Below, one piece after another: positions 43,911 to 55,473 of a stretch of DNA of 64,000 nucleotides. The notes beneath the pieces are model-generated. The model ran no database searches, was not told the origin of the DNA, and worked only from the letters and a program-made list of their open reading frames with translations. The DNA comes from Saccharolobus solfataricus P2 (lineage in GTDB: Archaea; Thermoproteota; Thermoprotei_A; Sulfolobales; Sulfolobaceae): assembly GCF_000007005.1 (NCBI RefSeq), contig NC_002754.1. One strand, given 5' to 3'. A program made the position numbers and the translations under genes. Each line of letters starts with the position of its first letter. Position 1 is the first letter of the stretch.

Positions 43911-45062
43911 ATGAAGGTTTTAATAAAAACTGATTTAGTTTTAGGAGCACCTAAGACGCTCAGAGACGTATATATAGGAATTGATGAGGGTCAAATAAAG
44001 GTTATATCGAAAGAAAAGCCGGAAGATTATGATTATGCAGAATACGTGATCGGCGGGAAGAATAGGGTAGTAGCACCAGGTTTTGTAACTACGCATTCCT
44101 TTCTTTATTTATATCCGTTTAGGTATAGGGTATTTTCAGGTAAAGCGAATGCCTTTCAACTGATGTCAACACTCACACCTAATGATATTTATTACTTTTC
44201 CTTAATGGGTGCGTACCATTTATTGAAAACTGGAGTTACAACAGTAGTCACTTCAGGCCCTAATTTGGATATGATAGCTAGAGCGATTTCGGAAGTTGGA
44301 TTAAGACCAGTACTAGCTGTGGGTGTAGATTGTCCAGATTCTAAAGAGGATTGGGAGAGAGAGTTTACAACGCTATATAATAGATGGTCTAGTAAGAATG
44401 AGAATAGGGTGATTTTACGCCTTTGTAGTAATGAGTACTCTAAAGAGGTCTTTGAGCTCTCGCAACAATATGACTTTCCTGTTCTCTTAGAGAGATTCGT
44501 GAGCTTGGAAAATATTAGTGGTAACCCAATTAACGTAATAGGATTAGGCGGAGGGGCTAGGAAAGATCTAGATATTATAAAACAGAAGGGATTTCATTTA
44601 GCGTCAACTCCATCATATGAGGTTTCACAATTTCCATTAAGCCAATATAAGCCATCAATATCCTTAGATCTATCTCCTACTTTTGATATTAGACATGAAG
44701 TCTCCACATCAATAACCAGGTTAATTTTAACGCCAGAAGAAGCTCTTAACGCCATGACAATTTGGGGGCTATTACAACTAAAATATAATGATAGGGGTGT
44801 TCTGGAGAACGGAAAAGTGGCAGATTTAGTTATCTTTGAAGTTAAGGAGCCACCTACTTTCCCCTTGGATTATGAAAGCCCCTATGAGTCAATAGTGTTT
44901 AATCTCTCTACTCCCGAGACAGTGCTAGTAAGTGGTGAGGCAATATTAGATGGTGGAGTTCCTTTAAATATTGGAATAAAACATATTGAGAAAGCCATAG
45001 AGAGGCTTGAAGACATTGATAAAAAGGTTACAAGACCAGCAAGATATATGGAAAAGGATTGA
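43911..45062 (+). CDS. SsnA/MTA-SAH deaminase-like amidohydrolase (degenerate metal site)
   Basis: PGFVTTH, LKTGVTT, G.LE.GK.ADLVI and V.VSGE motifs; HxH reads HSF. Confidence 0.8.
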   Translation: MKVLIKTDLVLGAPKTLRDVYIGIDEGQIKVISKEKPEDYDYAEYVIGGKNRVVAPGFVTTHSFLYLYPFRYRVFSGKANAFQLMSTLTPNDIYYFSLMGAYHLLKTGVTTVVTSGPNLDMIARAISEVGLRPVLAVGVDCPDSKEDWEREFTTLYNRWSSKNENRVILRLCSNEYSKEVFELSQQYDFPVLLERFVSLENISGNPINVIGLGGGARKDLDIIKQKGFHLASTPSYEVSQFPLSQYKPSISLDLSPTFDIRHEVSTSITRLILTPEEALNAMTIWGLLQLKYNDRGVLENGKVADLVIFEVKEPPTFPLDYESPYESIVFNLSTPETVLVSGEAILDGGVPLNIGIKHIEKAIERLEDIDKKVTRPARYMEKD

Positions 45063-45795
45063 GATTGTAGGAGATATAGTAATAATTGGAGTCCCGTTTA
45101 ATAAAAAACCAGAAGACCTTGTAGAAATAGCAAATGAGATACTTTCCACTTTCCCCTATGTTAAATCGGTATGGGGAAGACACAGAGACGTCAATGGTAC
45201 ATATAGGCTATCAACCTATGTACATTTAGCCGGAGAGAAAAGAAGCGAGACCGTATATAAAGAGCATAAATGTAAATATTTTCTAGATTTTACCAAGGTA
45301 TTCTTTTCTGAAAAACTATCCTACGAACATCTAAGGGTAGCAACGCAGGTTAAGAGAGACGAGATTATTATAAACATGTTTTCAGGTTTTGGGCCATTTT
45401 CAATTCTTTCCGCAGTTCTTGGCAGACCAAAAATAGTATACTCAATAGATTTGAATCCTTATGCGTATTATTATATGATGGTAAACGTAGAACTGAACAA
45501 GGCTTACGAAGTTCTTCCAATATATGGGGACGCTTTCAAAAGAATATACGAATTAGAAGATGCGGATAGAATAATTGCGCCTTTGCCAGAACTTGCTGAT
45601 AAGGCATATGAAGTGGCGTTACAGAAGGTAAAAAAAGGTGGTATAATTCATCTTTATACTGAGGTGGAGACGAACAAGGGTGAGGATCCCGTGAGAATTG
45701 CTATGAACAAATATAGGGGATCTTATTTTGGTAGGATCGTGAGAAGCGTTAATCCGCATAAATATCATGTGGTAGTTGATATCAAGGCTAATTAG
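45007..45795 (+). CDS. Trm5/Taw2-family SAM-dependent tRNA methyltransferase (wyosine pathway, Taw21-like)
   Basis: [24 protein letters not shown] and DLNP motifs; start codon uncertain. Confidence 0.85.
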   Translation: MKTLIKRLQDQQDIWKRIEIVGDIVIIGVPFNKKPEDLVEIANEILSTFPYVKSVWGRHRDVNGTYRLSTYVHLAGEKRSETVYKEHKCKYFLDFTKVFFSEKLSYEHLRVATQVKRDEIIINMFSGFGPFSILSAVLGRPKIVYSIDLNPYAYYYMMVNVELNKAYEVLPIYGDAFKRIYELEDADRIIAPLPELADKAYEVALQKVKKGGIIHLYTEVETNKGEDPVRIAMNKYRGSYFGRIVRSVNPHKYHVVVDIKAN

Positions 45796-45992
45796 TGGAA
45801 TACTTTACCAACGATTCCTAAATCTGTTAACGAGTGTTGTTTTAGCTATCCATTGGATGGAGAAAGATCATTATGGATTTGGTGAAGCCAAAGGGCTGAG
45901 GGTTAATATTAAATACGTGAAATCCTATGATGCCCAGAACTATTTGTGTTAACATTTATTAAATTATTCTACAAATAGTTGATGAGATAAAA

Positions 45993-47270
45993 GTGTCTAA
46001 AGAGAATATATTTGATGCTTTAAAATCTGGAAAAATAGATTATGTGAGAGTAGAATTTGTAGATATATTAGGGAATACTAAGGGTAGGTCTCTTAGAAGG
46101 GCAGAATTCGAAAATGTAATAAATGACAATAAGGGAGTTGATTATCCAGAATCCTTAGCATTAATGGATTACAAAGATAGACCGATAAAATCAAGGTATG
46201 AGGATATTATTGCTATACCCGATCTGAACACCTTTGTTGCAATACCGTATTTAGAAAGAACTGCTAGGGTACTCTCATTTTTGGCTCAACCTGATGGTTT
46301 ACCGTATCCATATTGTAGTAGATCTATACTAAATAAGGCAATAGAGAAGTTAAAAGAAGCTGGTTATACGCTACAAGTTTCATTTGAACCGACATTTTAT
46401 CTCTTGAATTCTGCTCTTAATCCAGCAGACTATTCTAAAGCTTTCTCGTTAGAAGGATTATTGGAACAGCAGAACTTCCTTAAATTGCTTATAAAATATT
46501 TAGAAGAAATCGATATAAAAGTTGAAACTATTAATAAACACTATGGTCCGGGTCAATACGAGGTTAAGCTTTCGCAAAAACCCGTTTTAGAGGCTGCAGA
46601 TTCCCTAATTTCCAGTAGGGAAGTGATTAGGGATACTGCCAAAATGAATAATGTGATTGCTACTTTTATGCCTAAACCATTTAAAGATTACCCAAGTAGC
46701 AGTATGGATATCACATTAAGTCTGCAAACAGTAGACGGAAAGGACATCATGTACGATCCTAATGACTCTAAGGGAATTGGGCTTAGTAAGATTGCATATA
46801 ATTTCATTTCTGGAATATTAGAGCACCTTCCTTCAATATTATCTATCGCTGCACCAACTGTTAATTCATATAAGAGATTTAAGGAAGTAGTAACTCCAAA
46901 CATGCCGGGAATAGGCTCTGAAAGGCACTACATAGTGAGATTACCAAGTTATTATAAGGATACTCATCAAGTAGAGTTCAGATTAGCAGATCCACTGGCG
47001 AATCCGTACATTCTGTTAGCCAGTATGATATATGCAGGTTTAGATGGTATAGAAAGAAATCTTATGGCTAATGTAAATGAGTATTATGGCACATTGCCAC
47101 AAACCCTTAAGGAATCTTTAAGTAGATTGGAAAATGATACATATATGAAGTATAATTTAGGTCAAGATTTGATTTCCATCTACATTAATATTAAAAATAT
47201 AGAGATAGAAGAATACGAATCACAAATAACTGAATGGGAAAGAGACTACTATCTAAAGGCAGGATGGTAA
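45993..47270 (+). CDS. Glutamine synthetase-like protein (several metal ligands changed)
   Basis: FVDILG, GPGQYE, ATFMPKP, NSYKR and EFRLADP.ANPY motifs. Confidence 0.88.
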   Translation: MSKENIFDALKSGKIDYVRVEFVDILGNTKGRSLRRAEFENVINDNKGVDYPESLALMDYKDRPIKSRYEDIIAIPDLNTFVAIPYLERTARVLSFLAQPDGLPYPYCSRSILNKAIEKLKEAGYTLQVSFEPTFYLLNSALNPADYSKAFSLEGLLEQQNFLKLLIKYLEEIDIKVETINKHYGPGQYEVKLSQKPVLEAADSLISSREVIRDTAKMNNVIATFMPKPFKDYPSSSMDITLSLQTVDGKDIMYDPNDSKGIGLSKIAYNFISGILEHLPSILSIAAPTVNSYKRFKEVVTPNMPGIGSERHYIVRLPSYYKDTHQVEFRLADPLANPYILLASMIYAGLDGIERNLMANVNEYYGTLPQTLKESLSRLENDTYMKYNLGQDLISIYINIKNIEIEEYESQITEWERDYYLKAGW

Positions 47271-48257
47271 ATGCTAGGTGCTATTCTGAAAAATTTCGGT
47301 GAGGAGCTAAGTCTTGAAGACGTAAGAGAACCTTCTAACGGAATTGTTCTAAAAGTTCTAGCCACTGGACTTTGTCATGGAGACTTACATGTCATAAATG
47401 GCGATTGGAGATACGAAATTAAGGTGGAATTGCCGAAGATATTAGGGCATGAGATAGTTGGTGAAGTCGTCAAAGGTAATGGTACATTTAAAGAGGGAGA
47501 TAAGGTATTAGTTTATAATAGTATTGGTTGCGGAAAATGTAAGTATTGTGCATCAAAAAAGTATCAATACTGCGAAAAAGTGAAAATTATTGGGCTTAAT
47601 ATTAACGGTGGTTTCGCGGAATATGTAAGTGTTCCTTCTGATAATATCCTCTTAAGAGTAGATGGTGAGCCCGTTAAACTGGCACCTCTAGCAGACGCTG
47701 GAATCACAGCTTATAGTTCAGCCAAGGGTATAACCAATGAAGATAGTGTATTGATTATAGGAACTGGGGCTGTCGCATTATTAGCACTACAAATTTTGAA
47801 ACTAAAAGGAGCTAGAGTTACTGTTATTGGGCATAATAAAAATAAGCTTGAAAAAGCTAAAGAACTAGGAGCTGATGAGGTGATTAATATAAAGTATGAT
47901 AGTACGATAGCGAGTGAGGTTAAAGAATCCAAGTTTGATTACATTATAGATTATGTGGGCAGCGATTATACACTGTCTGATTCCATGTGGTTGCTAAATA
48001 GGGAAGGGGAGTTAAGAATTATTGGGGAATTTGGTGGTACTATAACTGTACCGGAACAATTACTAGTGTTAAAGGGGTTAAAAGTAAGGGGTATATTATA
48101 CGGTAGCTTTGATGATTTGATAAGTGTTTACAAACTATATAATGAGGGAAAAATTAGACCTATAGTAAATACGTATAAATTAAGGGATATTAACAAGGCG
48201 ATTAGGGATTTAAGAGATGGTAGAGTGATAGGTCGTGCAGTAATAGTACCTCCTTAA
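47271..48257 (+). CDS. adh: Zinc-dependent alcohol dehydrogenase
   Basis: GLCHGD, LGHE, CGKCKYC...C and LADAG motifs. Confidence 0.93.
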   Translation: MLGAILKNFGEELSLEDVREPSNGIVLKVLATGLCHGDLHVINGDWRYEIKVELPKILGHEIVGEVVKGNGTFKEGDKVLVYNSIGCGKCKYCASKKYQYCEKVKIIGLNINGGFAEYVSVPSDNILLRVDGEPVKLAPLADAGITAYSSAKGITNEDSVLIIGTGAVALLALQILKLKGARVTVIGHNKNKLEKAKELGADEVINIKYDSTIASEVKESKFDYIIDYVGSDYTLSDSMWLLNREGELRIIGEFGGTITVPEQLLVLKGLKVRGILYGSFDDLISVYKLYNEGKIRPIVNTYKLRDINKAIRDLRDGRVIGRAVIVPP

Positions 48258-48493
48258 GGTTTTTGGTTTGAAAGCTGTTCTGAAAACTTCTTAAGCGTTT
48301 CCACATTTTCTTCATGAACTGACTTCCTTCTTATATCCACGAATATTCCTAGCTTCCTTGCCTTATTTATATTTAATCCAGCTTTTTCTAGTTCTCCTAC
48401 ACTAAATCCCCTTCCTATTCTCTTGTATTTTCTCTTGTGCGGGTATTCGAAATGATAATTAGGTCTTTTTATTACAGCTTTAGGGAACTCCAT
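48254..48493 (-). CDS. rpl13e: 50S ribosomal protein L13e
   Basis: [16 protein letters not shown]...GIFVD.RRKS..EENVETL; likely ATG at 48493. Confidence 0.92.
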   Translation of the reverse strand: MEFPKAVIKRPNYHFEYPHKRKYKRIGRGFSVGELEKAGLNINKARKLGIFVDIRRKSVHEENVETLKKFSEQLSNQKP

Positions 48494-48527
48494 AGGAGTC
48501 CCCCCATAATCAAGTAACGTAGTTCCT

Positions 48528-49541
48528 TTAAAAGATTTTAGCTTTAAATCTAAATGGTCTCTTACCGCTAATCTCAATTTTAACATCTAAAAACTTTCTT
48601 ATTATTTCCATATTCGTATATGCGTGGGACGTTAGTTCAGCACCGATGTACTCCCCACCAAAGAGCGATGTGAATATCATGAGCATATCGCTCATATGCA
48701 CATCCACAGCAGCTTTGGTATTGAGATTGTCGATAAGTTTCCTTGCAGCCTCTTCTCCAACTATCTCAGCTCTTTTACCTCTTTCACCCAGCGAATCAGC
48801 GCCTATAATACTCTTCTCCCCTATGGCTGCCAATGCAATACCGCTACCTTTACTTACTTCACCTTGTCTTACGTCAGTTTCTATTTCTATCTGCACCCCA
48901 AGTTTAGAAAGGATCGCTTTTGCTGAGTCCTTTTGTCTTTCGGCAATATGTGAAGGTAAGGATGAGACATGTGAAATTCCCTTGATCATTATCAATTTAC
49001 CTAGCTCTAGTAAACTAAAGTCGGATGGGTTTCCATTTACATTTTCAATTATCACCTCTCCTCCACCTTCTGGATAGTGACCTCTTTTTATCAAATTTAC
49101 CTTCGACTCAATCCCTATTTTCCTTAAGATTTCCAGATACACTAGTCTAATGTAATCTATGGTGGGGGATTTTGGAACGTCAGTACCACCTTTTATTTTA
49201 ATTCTCATATTCTTGTTAATTATGGCTGGTATCATAGTTTGCATTATTAGAGTTACACTGCCCGCTGTTCCAATGTCTATGTCTATAATAGAATTTCCCT
49301 TGATTTCATGGGGGATAAATGTTAGTTCTTTAGATCCTACTTCATCTCCTTTAGTTTCCGCATTCGATATCATTTTCATCGCCCTTACTGCCCACAGATG
49401 TTGCCTCTGTAATCCAGGATTAGGTCTATTAGCCCTTATATTAAATATTCTAAAGGGTTTACCGGTTATGACAGAGAGCGTTAGAGACGTTCTCAGAATT
49501 TGTCCTCCACCTTCGCCAAATGAACCATCTATTTCAATCAT
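48528..49541 (-). CDS. rtcA: RNA 3'-terminal phosphate cyclase
   Basis: [27 protein letters not shown] and D.H.SD motifs. Confidence 0.96.
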   Translation of the reverse strand: MIEIDGSFGEGGGQILRTSLTLSVITGKPFRIFNIRANRPNPGLQRQHLWAVRAMKMISNAETKGDEVGSKELTFIPHEIKGNSIIDIDIGTAGSVTLIMQTMIPAIINKNMRIKIKGGTDVPKSPTIDYIRLVYLEILRKIGIESKVNLIKRGHYPEGGGEVIIENVNGNPSDFSLLELGKLIMIKGISHVSSLPSHIAERQKDSAKAILSKLGVQIEIETDVRQGEVSKGSGIALAAIGEKSIIGADSLGERGKRAEIVGEEAARKLIDNLNTKAAVDVHMSDMLMIFTSLFGGEYIGAELTSHAYTNMEIIRKFLDVKIEISGKRPFRFKAKIF

Positions 49542-49554
49542 TAGGTGAATTATC

Positions 49555-49998
49555 TTGAAGATCAAATTAAAGTCTCTTGTAAGAGTTATTGGAGAAGAGG
49601 AGCTAGCGGTAATTCCTCTAGCAGAGAACGAGTATTATGTGGAGTGCCTAAATTTTTATGAAGACGTAGAAGGAGGAAGACAAGCTAGGTTGGTTGTGGT
49701 AGTGGATAAGTATGGAATAATAAGACAAGATCAAGTAAATTTTATAAAAGGTAAAAAGACATTTGTGGATGCTATAGGTGTAGAGGATGATTTCAGAAAA
49801 ATAAATAGTGTATTGAAGCTAGATAGAGTAGCTAGAATGTTTAAGGTTCCATTATATTTTGATATCGAAATAGTTGAAAAACCCGACGTTTCTAAAAGGG
49901 GAATAAGGGGACTTTACAACTATTTATCAGTTCATAAGGAAATAGATATAGGAAAGTTGAGGGGTTTAGTAAATTTAAGTATCGAAGAACTTGTCTAA
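49555..49998 (+). CDS. Hypothetical conserved protein
   Basis: 147-aa ORF filling the gap between rtcA and dpo4. Confidence 0.65.
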   Translation: MKIKLKSLVRVIGEEELAVIPLAENEYYVECLNFYEDVEGGRQARLVVVVDKYGIIRQDQVNFIKGKKTFVDAIGVEDDFRKINSVLKLDRVARMFKVPLYFDIEIVEKPDVSKRGIRGLYNYLSVHKEIDIGKLRGLVNLSIEELV

Positions 49999-51033
49999 TC
50001 CTATTGCTTCAATAAATTTACTGAACCTTACTCCGATTCTTCTTATCTTTCTCTCATCCTCTTCCAATATCTTCTGTAATAATTTTACTGATTCACTATA
50101 TGCAGTTTCCTTACTTATTCCATGAGGGAACGTTCTTCCTCTACTTACGATATCTAAATCCTCCGTTACTGCGACTACGTGAATAGCTTTAGGAATCCTC
50201 TTATCTAACTTATAATATGATTCTTCTATTGCTCTAAATAAATACGGTTTTATTTCCTCCAGATTCCTGCTATTTCTCTTCATCGTTACAATTCTCCCAA
50301 TACTCTTTCGTACTCTAGTTCTTATAGGCTCGTTATACTCGTCTCTAGCTAGAGAGATCAAATATTTAGCCTTAGCTTCGCCTATCATTCCCTTTAGTTT
50401 ATCAAATTCAATGCTTAACGTATCAACTAGCTTGTTAATACCTAACTTCTTTAGTTTCTCCGCAGTTATATTACCTATTCCGGGTACATCCGCTATATCT
50501 AGCTCTCTTATTAATCTTTTAACTTCTTCATCATCAATAACTTTTATTCCATTTGGCTTTGCCATATCAGCAGCAATTTTCGCAAATACCTTATTCTTGG
50601 AAATCCCTACAGTAACTGTAATTTTCTCTTTTTCAAGTATTTTGTTCTTAATCTCCAAACCTAGATTATATGCCTCTCTATAATCTCTGACTTTGTCTGA
50701 GATATCAAGATAAGCCTCATCTATACTTGCAATCTCGATCTTCTCGGAGTATTCTCTTAGTAAGTTCATTATTCTACTGGAAACTTGCTGATATACTTCC
50801 TTTCTCATGGGTAAGTAAACTGCATTAGGTAATATTTTCTTAGCCTCAACGATTGGTATTCCAGCTTTTACTCCAAATTTTCTAGCTTCATAGTTTGCAG
50901 TAGCCACAGCACCGCTATCCTCAAATCTCCCTGAAAATACACAAACAACAACTGGTTTTCCTTTCAAAGACGGATTTAAAACTTCTTCAACTTGAGCGTA
51001 AAAGTAGTCAAAATCAACGAAAAGAACAATCAT
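49975..51033 (-). CDS. dpo4: Y-family DNA polymerase IV (Dpo4)
   Basis: [25 protein letters not shown] and little-finger domain; 352 aa. Confidence 0.98.
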
Positions 51034-51881
51034 TTACATATAACATTTGGTTTCTTCTTCCTTAAATACTCTCTTACCTCTTCTAATGTTGGTGAAGAAA
51101 TTCCTCCTATTCTTGAGACCTTAAGACCTGATGCAACACTAGCAACTTGTAGACTTTTCACAATATCCTTATCTTCAGAGTATGTCACATTAAATGCAGC
51201 ATCAAAGGTATCTCCAGCTCCGGTAGTATCAACTATCTTCTCTACTTGTATTGGTTCAACCGAACATTCTTCAGTCTCGGTAATTATCTTTGCCCCTTTC
51301 TTGCCCATTTTAATCACTATAAATCTGGCTCTTATGTTCTTATCTTCGATCATTTCATATTCTTTTTCATTAACATATAGGATATCTACGTCAACTGACT
51401 CTATATTTTTAGCCTGCGGACCAGGATCGTAACTTACTAGTTTTGCATAAGGGTCTCTCACAACGACGTTTGGCGATACTGAGGCGAAGTGAATAACGTC
51501 AAACAGTCCAAAACGCCTTTTAACATCCTCTCTTGTTAGTAATATTGATGCACCAAGTCTTCTTACCATAGATAGCGTTCCATCATTTCTTAAGAAGATT
51601 AATGTGGCGCTAGGTTTCTCATTTAGTTCTTCTACGTACTCTAATCCTACTCCTAATTCTACTACCTTCTCCATTAAACTTCTAACTACTTCACTTTTCC
51701 CAACCTTTGCTAATAGTTTGGCCGAGTGACCTAATTTGGTCACTGCTACTGCGTAGTTTGTTGCAGCTCCTCCAGGCATGATTTCAAGAACATCGGTCAT
51801 ATGGCTAGAGTCTATGGGTGGAATAGAATCCAATTTTACTATGATATCAATGTTAAATCTTCCCACTGCCAGATGTATCAA
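51030..51881 (-). CDS. PfkB/ribokinase-family carbohydrate kinase
   Basis: [14 protein letters not shown] and DTTGAGDTF motifs. Confidence 0.93.
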   Translation of the reverse strand: MIHLAVGRFNIDIIVKLDSIPPIDSSHMTDVLEIMPGGAATNYAVAVTKLGHSAKLLAKVGKSEVVRSLMEKVVELGVGLEYVEELNEKPSATLIFLRNDGTLSMVRRLGASILLTREDVKRRFGLFDVIHFASVSPNVVVRDPYAKLVSYDPGPQAKNIESVDVDILYVNEKEYEMIEDKNIRARFIVIKMGKKGAKIITETEECSVEPIQVEKIVDTTGAGDTFDAAFNVTYSEDKDIVKSLQVASVASGLKVSRIGGISSPTLEEVREYLRKKKPNVICK

Positions 51882-51896
51882 TTAAAATCACCCATG

Positions 51897-51946
51897 TCAG
51901 ACAGCCGCCACTCAATCACTTTATCAGTCCCAAAGGTCTTCATCAC
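51897..51946 (-). ncRNA. Box C/D guide sRNA (D guide complementary to the 16S 530-loop region)
   Basis: GUGAUGA (C) - AGACCUUUGGGA - CUGA (D') - GUGAUUG (C') - AGUGGCGGCUGU - CUGA (D). Confidence 0.85.
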
Positions 51947-52109
51947 ATGTTATCTTTACATAATGTTATATTAATAAAGCTTACATTATTCTGGTGATTT
52001 AACGTGCAATCAAAACTCTTGTTCTCTCACAGACAAGTTGTGTCATAATATAAAACCTCACAGATTTAGAGTTAATCTCAAAAACTTTATTATATATTAT
52101 TACTGTGAG

Positions 52110-53468
52110 ATGTCGGAGATACGTGAGTTAAAGAAACCTATACGTGAAAAAGCGAGTATTCATAGCCATATTAAAGGTTTAGGCTTGGATAGTAATGGGA
52201 AAGCGAAATTTATTGCAGATGGGCTGGTTGGCCAAGCTGAGGCCAGAGAGGCAGCAGGGGTTGTTGTACAACTAATAAAACAAGGAAAGATGTCCGGAAA
52301 AGGGATACTATTTGTTGGCCCTCCGGGAACCGGAAAAACCGCATTAGCTGTAGCAATTGCCAGGGAATTAGGTGAGGATACTCCATTTACTGCAATTAAT
52401 GCTTCTGAAATATACTCTACAGAACTTAAGAAAACTGAAATATTAACTCAATTAATAAGGAAATCAATCGGTGTGAGAATTAGAGAAAAAAGGCTAGTGT
52501 ACGAAGGTGTCGTGAAAGATAGGAAGATTAAGGTTGCCAGAAGTAGACTAAATCCCTATTCTCAGGCTCCAGTTGAGGCTCAAATAACTTTGACTACTAA
52601 AGATGATGAAAGGACATTATCAGTAGGTGAGGAAATAGCTCAACAACTAGTATCCTTAGGCGTTAAGAAGGGCGATGTTATCATGATTGATGCTCAAACT
52701 GGACAGGTCATAGTTGAAGGAAAGGCTAAAGGTTTTGAGGGTGCCAAAACCTATGATATAGAGACCACGAAAGTGCTAGAGATGCCTACTGGACCTGTGC
52801 GAAAAGAAAAGGAAATAACCACTACGCTAACCTTAAACGATTTAGATTTGAATTTAGCAGCTAGAAATCTAGCTGTTACGGCTATTTTCTCGTTCTTTAC
52901 TGAAAGAGAAATAAACGAGGACGTCAGAAAAGAAGTTGATAGACTAGTTAAGGATTGGATTAATCAAGGTAGGGCGGAATTGGTAGTTGGAGTCCTATTT
53001 ATTGACGACGCTCATACGCTCGATTTAGAAGCGTTCTCATTCCTAACTAGGGCTCTAGAGTCTGAATTAGCACCAATACTGATCTTAGCAACCAACAGGG
53101 GGCTAACTAAAATTAGAGGAACTGATATAGAATCGCCTCATGGGATTCCTCTTGACCTATTGGATAGACTGCTGATAATACCAACTAGACCTTACAATGC
53201 TGATGAAATTAAAGAAATAATCAAGATTAGAGCTGATGAATTAGAAATTGAATTAGATCCTCAAGCTTTAGAGGAATTAACTAAAATAGGTGTTGAAAAT
53301 AGTTTGAGATACTCTGTTCAACTGTTAGAACCATCTCTTATAATTGCTCAAAGAAATAATAGGAGTATTATAAAGGTTGAAGATGTAGTGATAGCTTCAA
53401 AGCTATTCTCAGATGTTAAGAGAAGTGTAAAGTTTGTAAAGGAGTATGAGAATCTATTATTGAAATGA
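52110..53468 (+). CDS. tip49: TIP49/RuvB-like AAA+ ATPase
   Basis: [35 protein letters not shown]; ATG at 52110; Walker B reads IDDAH. Confidence 0.95.
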   Translation: MSEIRELKKPIREKASIHSHIKGLGLDSNGKAKFIADGLVGQAEAREAAGVVVQLIKQGKMSGKGILFVGPPGTGKTALAVAIARELGEDTPFTAINASEIYSTELKKTEILTQLIRKSIGVRIREKRLVYEGVVKDRKIKVARSRLNPYSQAPVEAQITLTTKDDERTLSVGEEIAQQLVSLGVKKGDVIMIDAQTGQVIVEGKAKGFEGAKTYDIETTKVLEMPTGPVRKEKEITTTLTLNDLDLNLAARNLAVTAIFSFFTEREINEDVRKEVDRLVKDWINQGRAELVVGVLFIDDAHTLDLEAFSFLTRALESELAPILILATNRGLTKIRGTDIESPHGIPLDLLDRLLIIPTRPYNADEIKEIIKIRADELEIELDPQALEELTKIGVENSLRYSVQLLEPSLIIAQRNNRSIIKVEDVVIASKLFSDVKRSVKFVKEYENLLLK

Positions 53469-53513
53469 TGTCTGGTGACGGCTCTGAGCCAGTGATGTCG
53501 CCAAAAAGTCTGA
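53465..53513 (+). ncRNA. Box C/D guide sRNA overlapping the tip49 stop codon (D' guide complementary to 16S near 1057-1068)
   Basis: AUGAUGU (C) - CUGGUGACGGCU - CUGA (D') - GUGAUGU (C') - CGCCAAAAAGU - CUGA (D). Confidence 0.85.
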
Positions 53514-53551
53514 TCAATATTTTTTAAATATCCAAAAACTTAGATTCTAGT

Positions 53552-54118
53552 GTGAAAGTAGGTTTAGTATATTATGGCGGACAATATAATCACCTAATAC
53601 TTAAGAACGTAAAGTATTTGGGAGCGGACATTGAGGTAATTCCCCCACATAAGCCAGTGGAGGAACTTAAGAAATTCGATTGCGTTATATTTAGTGGTGG
53701 CCCCTACTCAGTGTCAGAGGAAATTCAAAAAATGGGAAATTCTCCCCTTTATATAAAAGAACTGAAAGTCCCAATGTTAGGCATATGCCTAGGTCATCAG
53801 CTAATTGCCTATGTATTGGGTGGGGTTGTAAGAAGAGCCCTAAATCCAGAATACGGACTCACTAGGATAAATATATTTGACGAAGATACTATTCTGAAAG
53901 GTTTCTCACAGCAACTTAACGTTTGGGAAAGTCACAATGATGAGGTAGTTGAACCGCCTAGCGGATTCAGAGTGTTAGCTAGTAGCGCAAATGCAAGAGT
54001 CCAAGCAATGGCGAACTCAAGTAATTCAATATTTGGTGTGCAGTTTCATCCTGAAGTTAAACATACAGAAAGAGGAATAGAGATATTTAAGAACTTCTTA
54101 GGAGTATGTAGAAAATAG
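53552..54118 (+). CDS. guaAA: GMP synthase, glutamine amidotransferase subunit
   Basis: [23 protein letters not shown] and QFHPEV motifs. Confidence 0.95.
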   Translation: MKVGLVYYGGQYNHLILKNVKYLGADIEVIPPHKPVEELKKFDCVIFSGGPYSVSEEIQKMGNSPLYIKELKVPMLGICLGHQLIAYVLGGVVRRALNPEYGLTRINIFDEDTILKGFSQQLNVWESHNDEVVEPPSGFRVLASSANARVQAMANSSNSIFGVQFHPEVKHTERGIEIFKNFLGVCRK

Positions 54119-54120
54119 AT

Positions 54121-54909
54121 TCACTTCAATTCCTCCTCAGTCTTTTTGCCACTCTCAATGATCTTTCTCTTTACCTTTTCTGGCAATGTATAATCTTCCC
54201 TTCTTTCCTCTAATCTTCCCTTCAAGACTATTCCTTTACCATTAACTATATCTATTTCCCATACATGCTTATCGTGATCGGTTTGTCTCATTTTCTCAAT
54301 TAATATGTACCTATGTAGTTCTCCATTCCTTATCATCCTTCTGAATCTGATTATCCCATCTGCCACATGCTCTACTCCAAATCCAAATGCTTGTGATGTG
54401 GTTATTGCGTATTGTGAAGTAGCATATATTGTGAAATTCCATTTATTTAGGACTCTCTTAAGATAGTAGCTTATTTTTCTTGCCATTGCGGGTTTATCCA
54501 AAAATAATGCACTTACTGAATCAATTACCAATCTAGCTTTACCATAACCTAATTTTTGTTTAGCCTCAATTACCTTATTCACTAATTCCTCAGGGGTTAA
54601 GTTCACTAAAGACCATTGGTCCTCTTTTTCCTTCATTAGTGCATCTATTATTATCAACTTCTTCTCTATATATTCCTCAAAATCCCAATTAAACTGCTTA
54701 GCTTGTCTTATTATTGAATCCCTACTTTCCTCAGTTGTAACGTATATACAAGGATCTCCGTCCCTTAATCCCTTAGCAATGAAGTGAAGTGAAAATATCG
54801 TCTTTCCAGTTCCAGGCTCTCCAGTCAACGCTATGAAAAATCCTTGAGGAATCCCACCTTGTATTAGTTTATCAAAATCCAATATTCCAGTAGATAATCT
54901 ACTTACCAT
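54121..54909 (-). CDS. KaiC-like RadA paralogue (aRadC)
   Basis: STGI..FD..I.GGIP, GEPGTGKT, VIDSVS, VEHVADGII and IEKMRQT motifs. Confidence 0.93.
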   Translation of the reverse strand: MVSRLSTGILDFDKLIQGGIPQGFFIALTGEPGTGKTIFSLHFIAKGLRDGDPCIYVTTEESRDSIIRQAKQFNWDFEEYIEKKLIIIDALMKEKEDQWSLVNLTPEELVNKVIEAKQKLGYGKARLVIDSVSALFLDKPAMARKISYYLKRVLNKWNFTIYATSQYAITTSQAFGFGVEHVADGIIRFRRMIRNGELHRYILIEKMRQTDHDKHVWEIDIVNGKGIVLKGRLEERREDYTLPEKVKRKIIESGKKTEEELK

Positions 54910-54987
54910 AATCTTAAATATCGATTTTGAGAATTTTAAAATGATCTGTGACGCTCAGCGGATCTTCTGATATGGAAGTGATGAATA

Positions 54988-55473
54988 ATGTATTGGGTTA
55001 GAAGGAAAACCATAGGAGGTTCTGGATTACCATATACCGAAAACGAGATTTTAGAATGGAGGAAAGAAGGAGTGAAAAGAGTATTAGTTTTACCAGAGGA
55101 TTGGGAAATCGAAGAGAGTTGGGGAGATAAGGATTATTATCTGTCTATTCTCAAGAAAAATGGACTTCAGCCCTTACATATTCCAATTCCAGATGGGGGA
55201 GTTCCATCGGATTCTCAATTTCTTACAATTATGAAATGGCTATTAAGTGAAAAAGAAGGTAATCTAGTTCATTGTGTAGGTGGAATAGGAAGGACTGGTA
55301 CAATTTTAGCTAGTTATCTAATTTTAACTGAAGGATTGGAAGTAGAATCTGCTATTGACGAAGTTAGATTGGTAAGACCTGGTGCAGTACAAACATATGA
55401 GCAAGAGATGTTCTTATTACGCGTGGAAGGGATGAGAAAGAGTTGGTTGAAAAACATCTACTCGAATTCTTAG
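54988..55473 (+). CDS. ptp: Dual-specificity protein-tyrosine phosphatase
   Basis: IPDG and [10 protein letters not shown] (CX5R) motif; AVQT. Confidence 0.95.

Noticed and set aside
48494-48586. Upstream extension of rpl13e
   Set aside because: It overlaps the rtcA 3' end; L13e homology begins near ATG 48493
50992-51432. 146-aa + strand ORF
   Set aside because: Antisense to pfkB and dpo4 with no motifs
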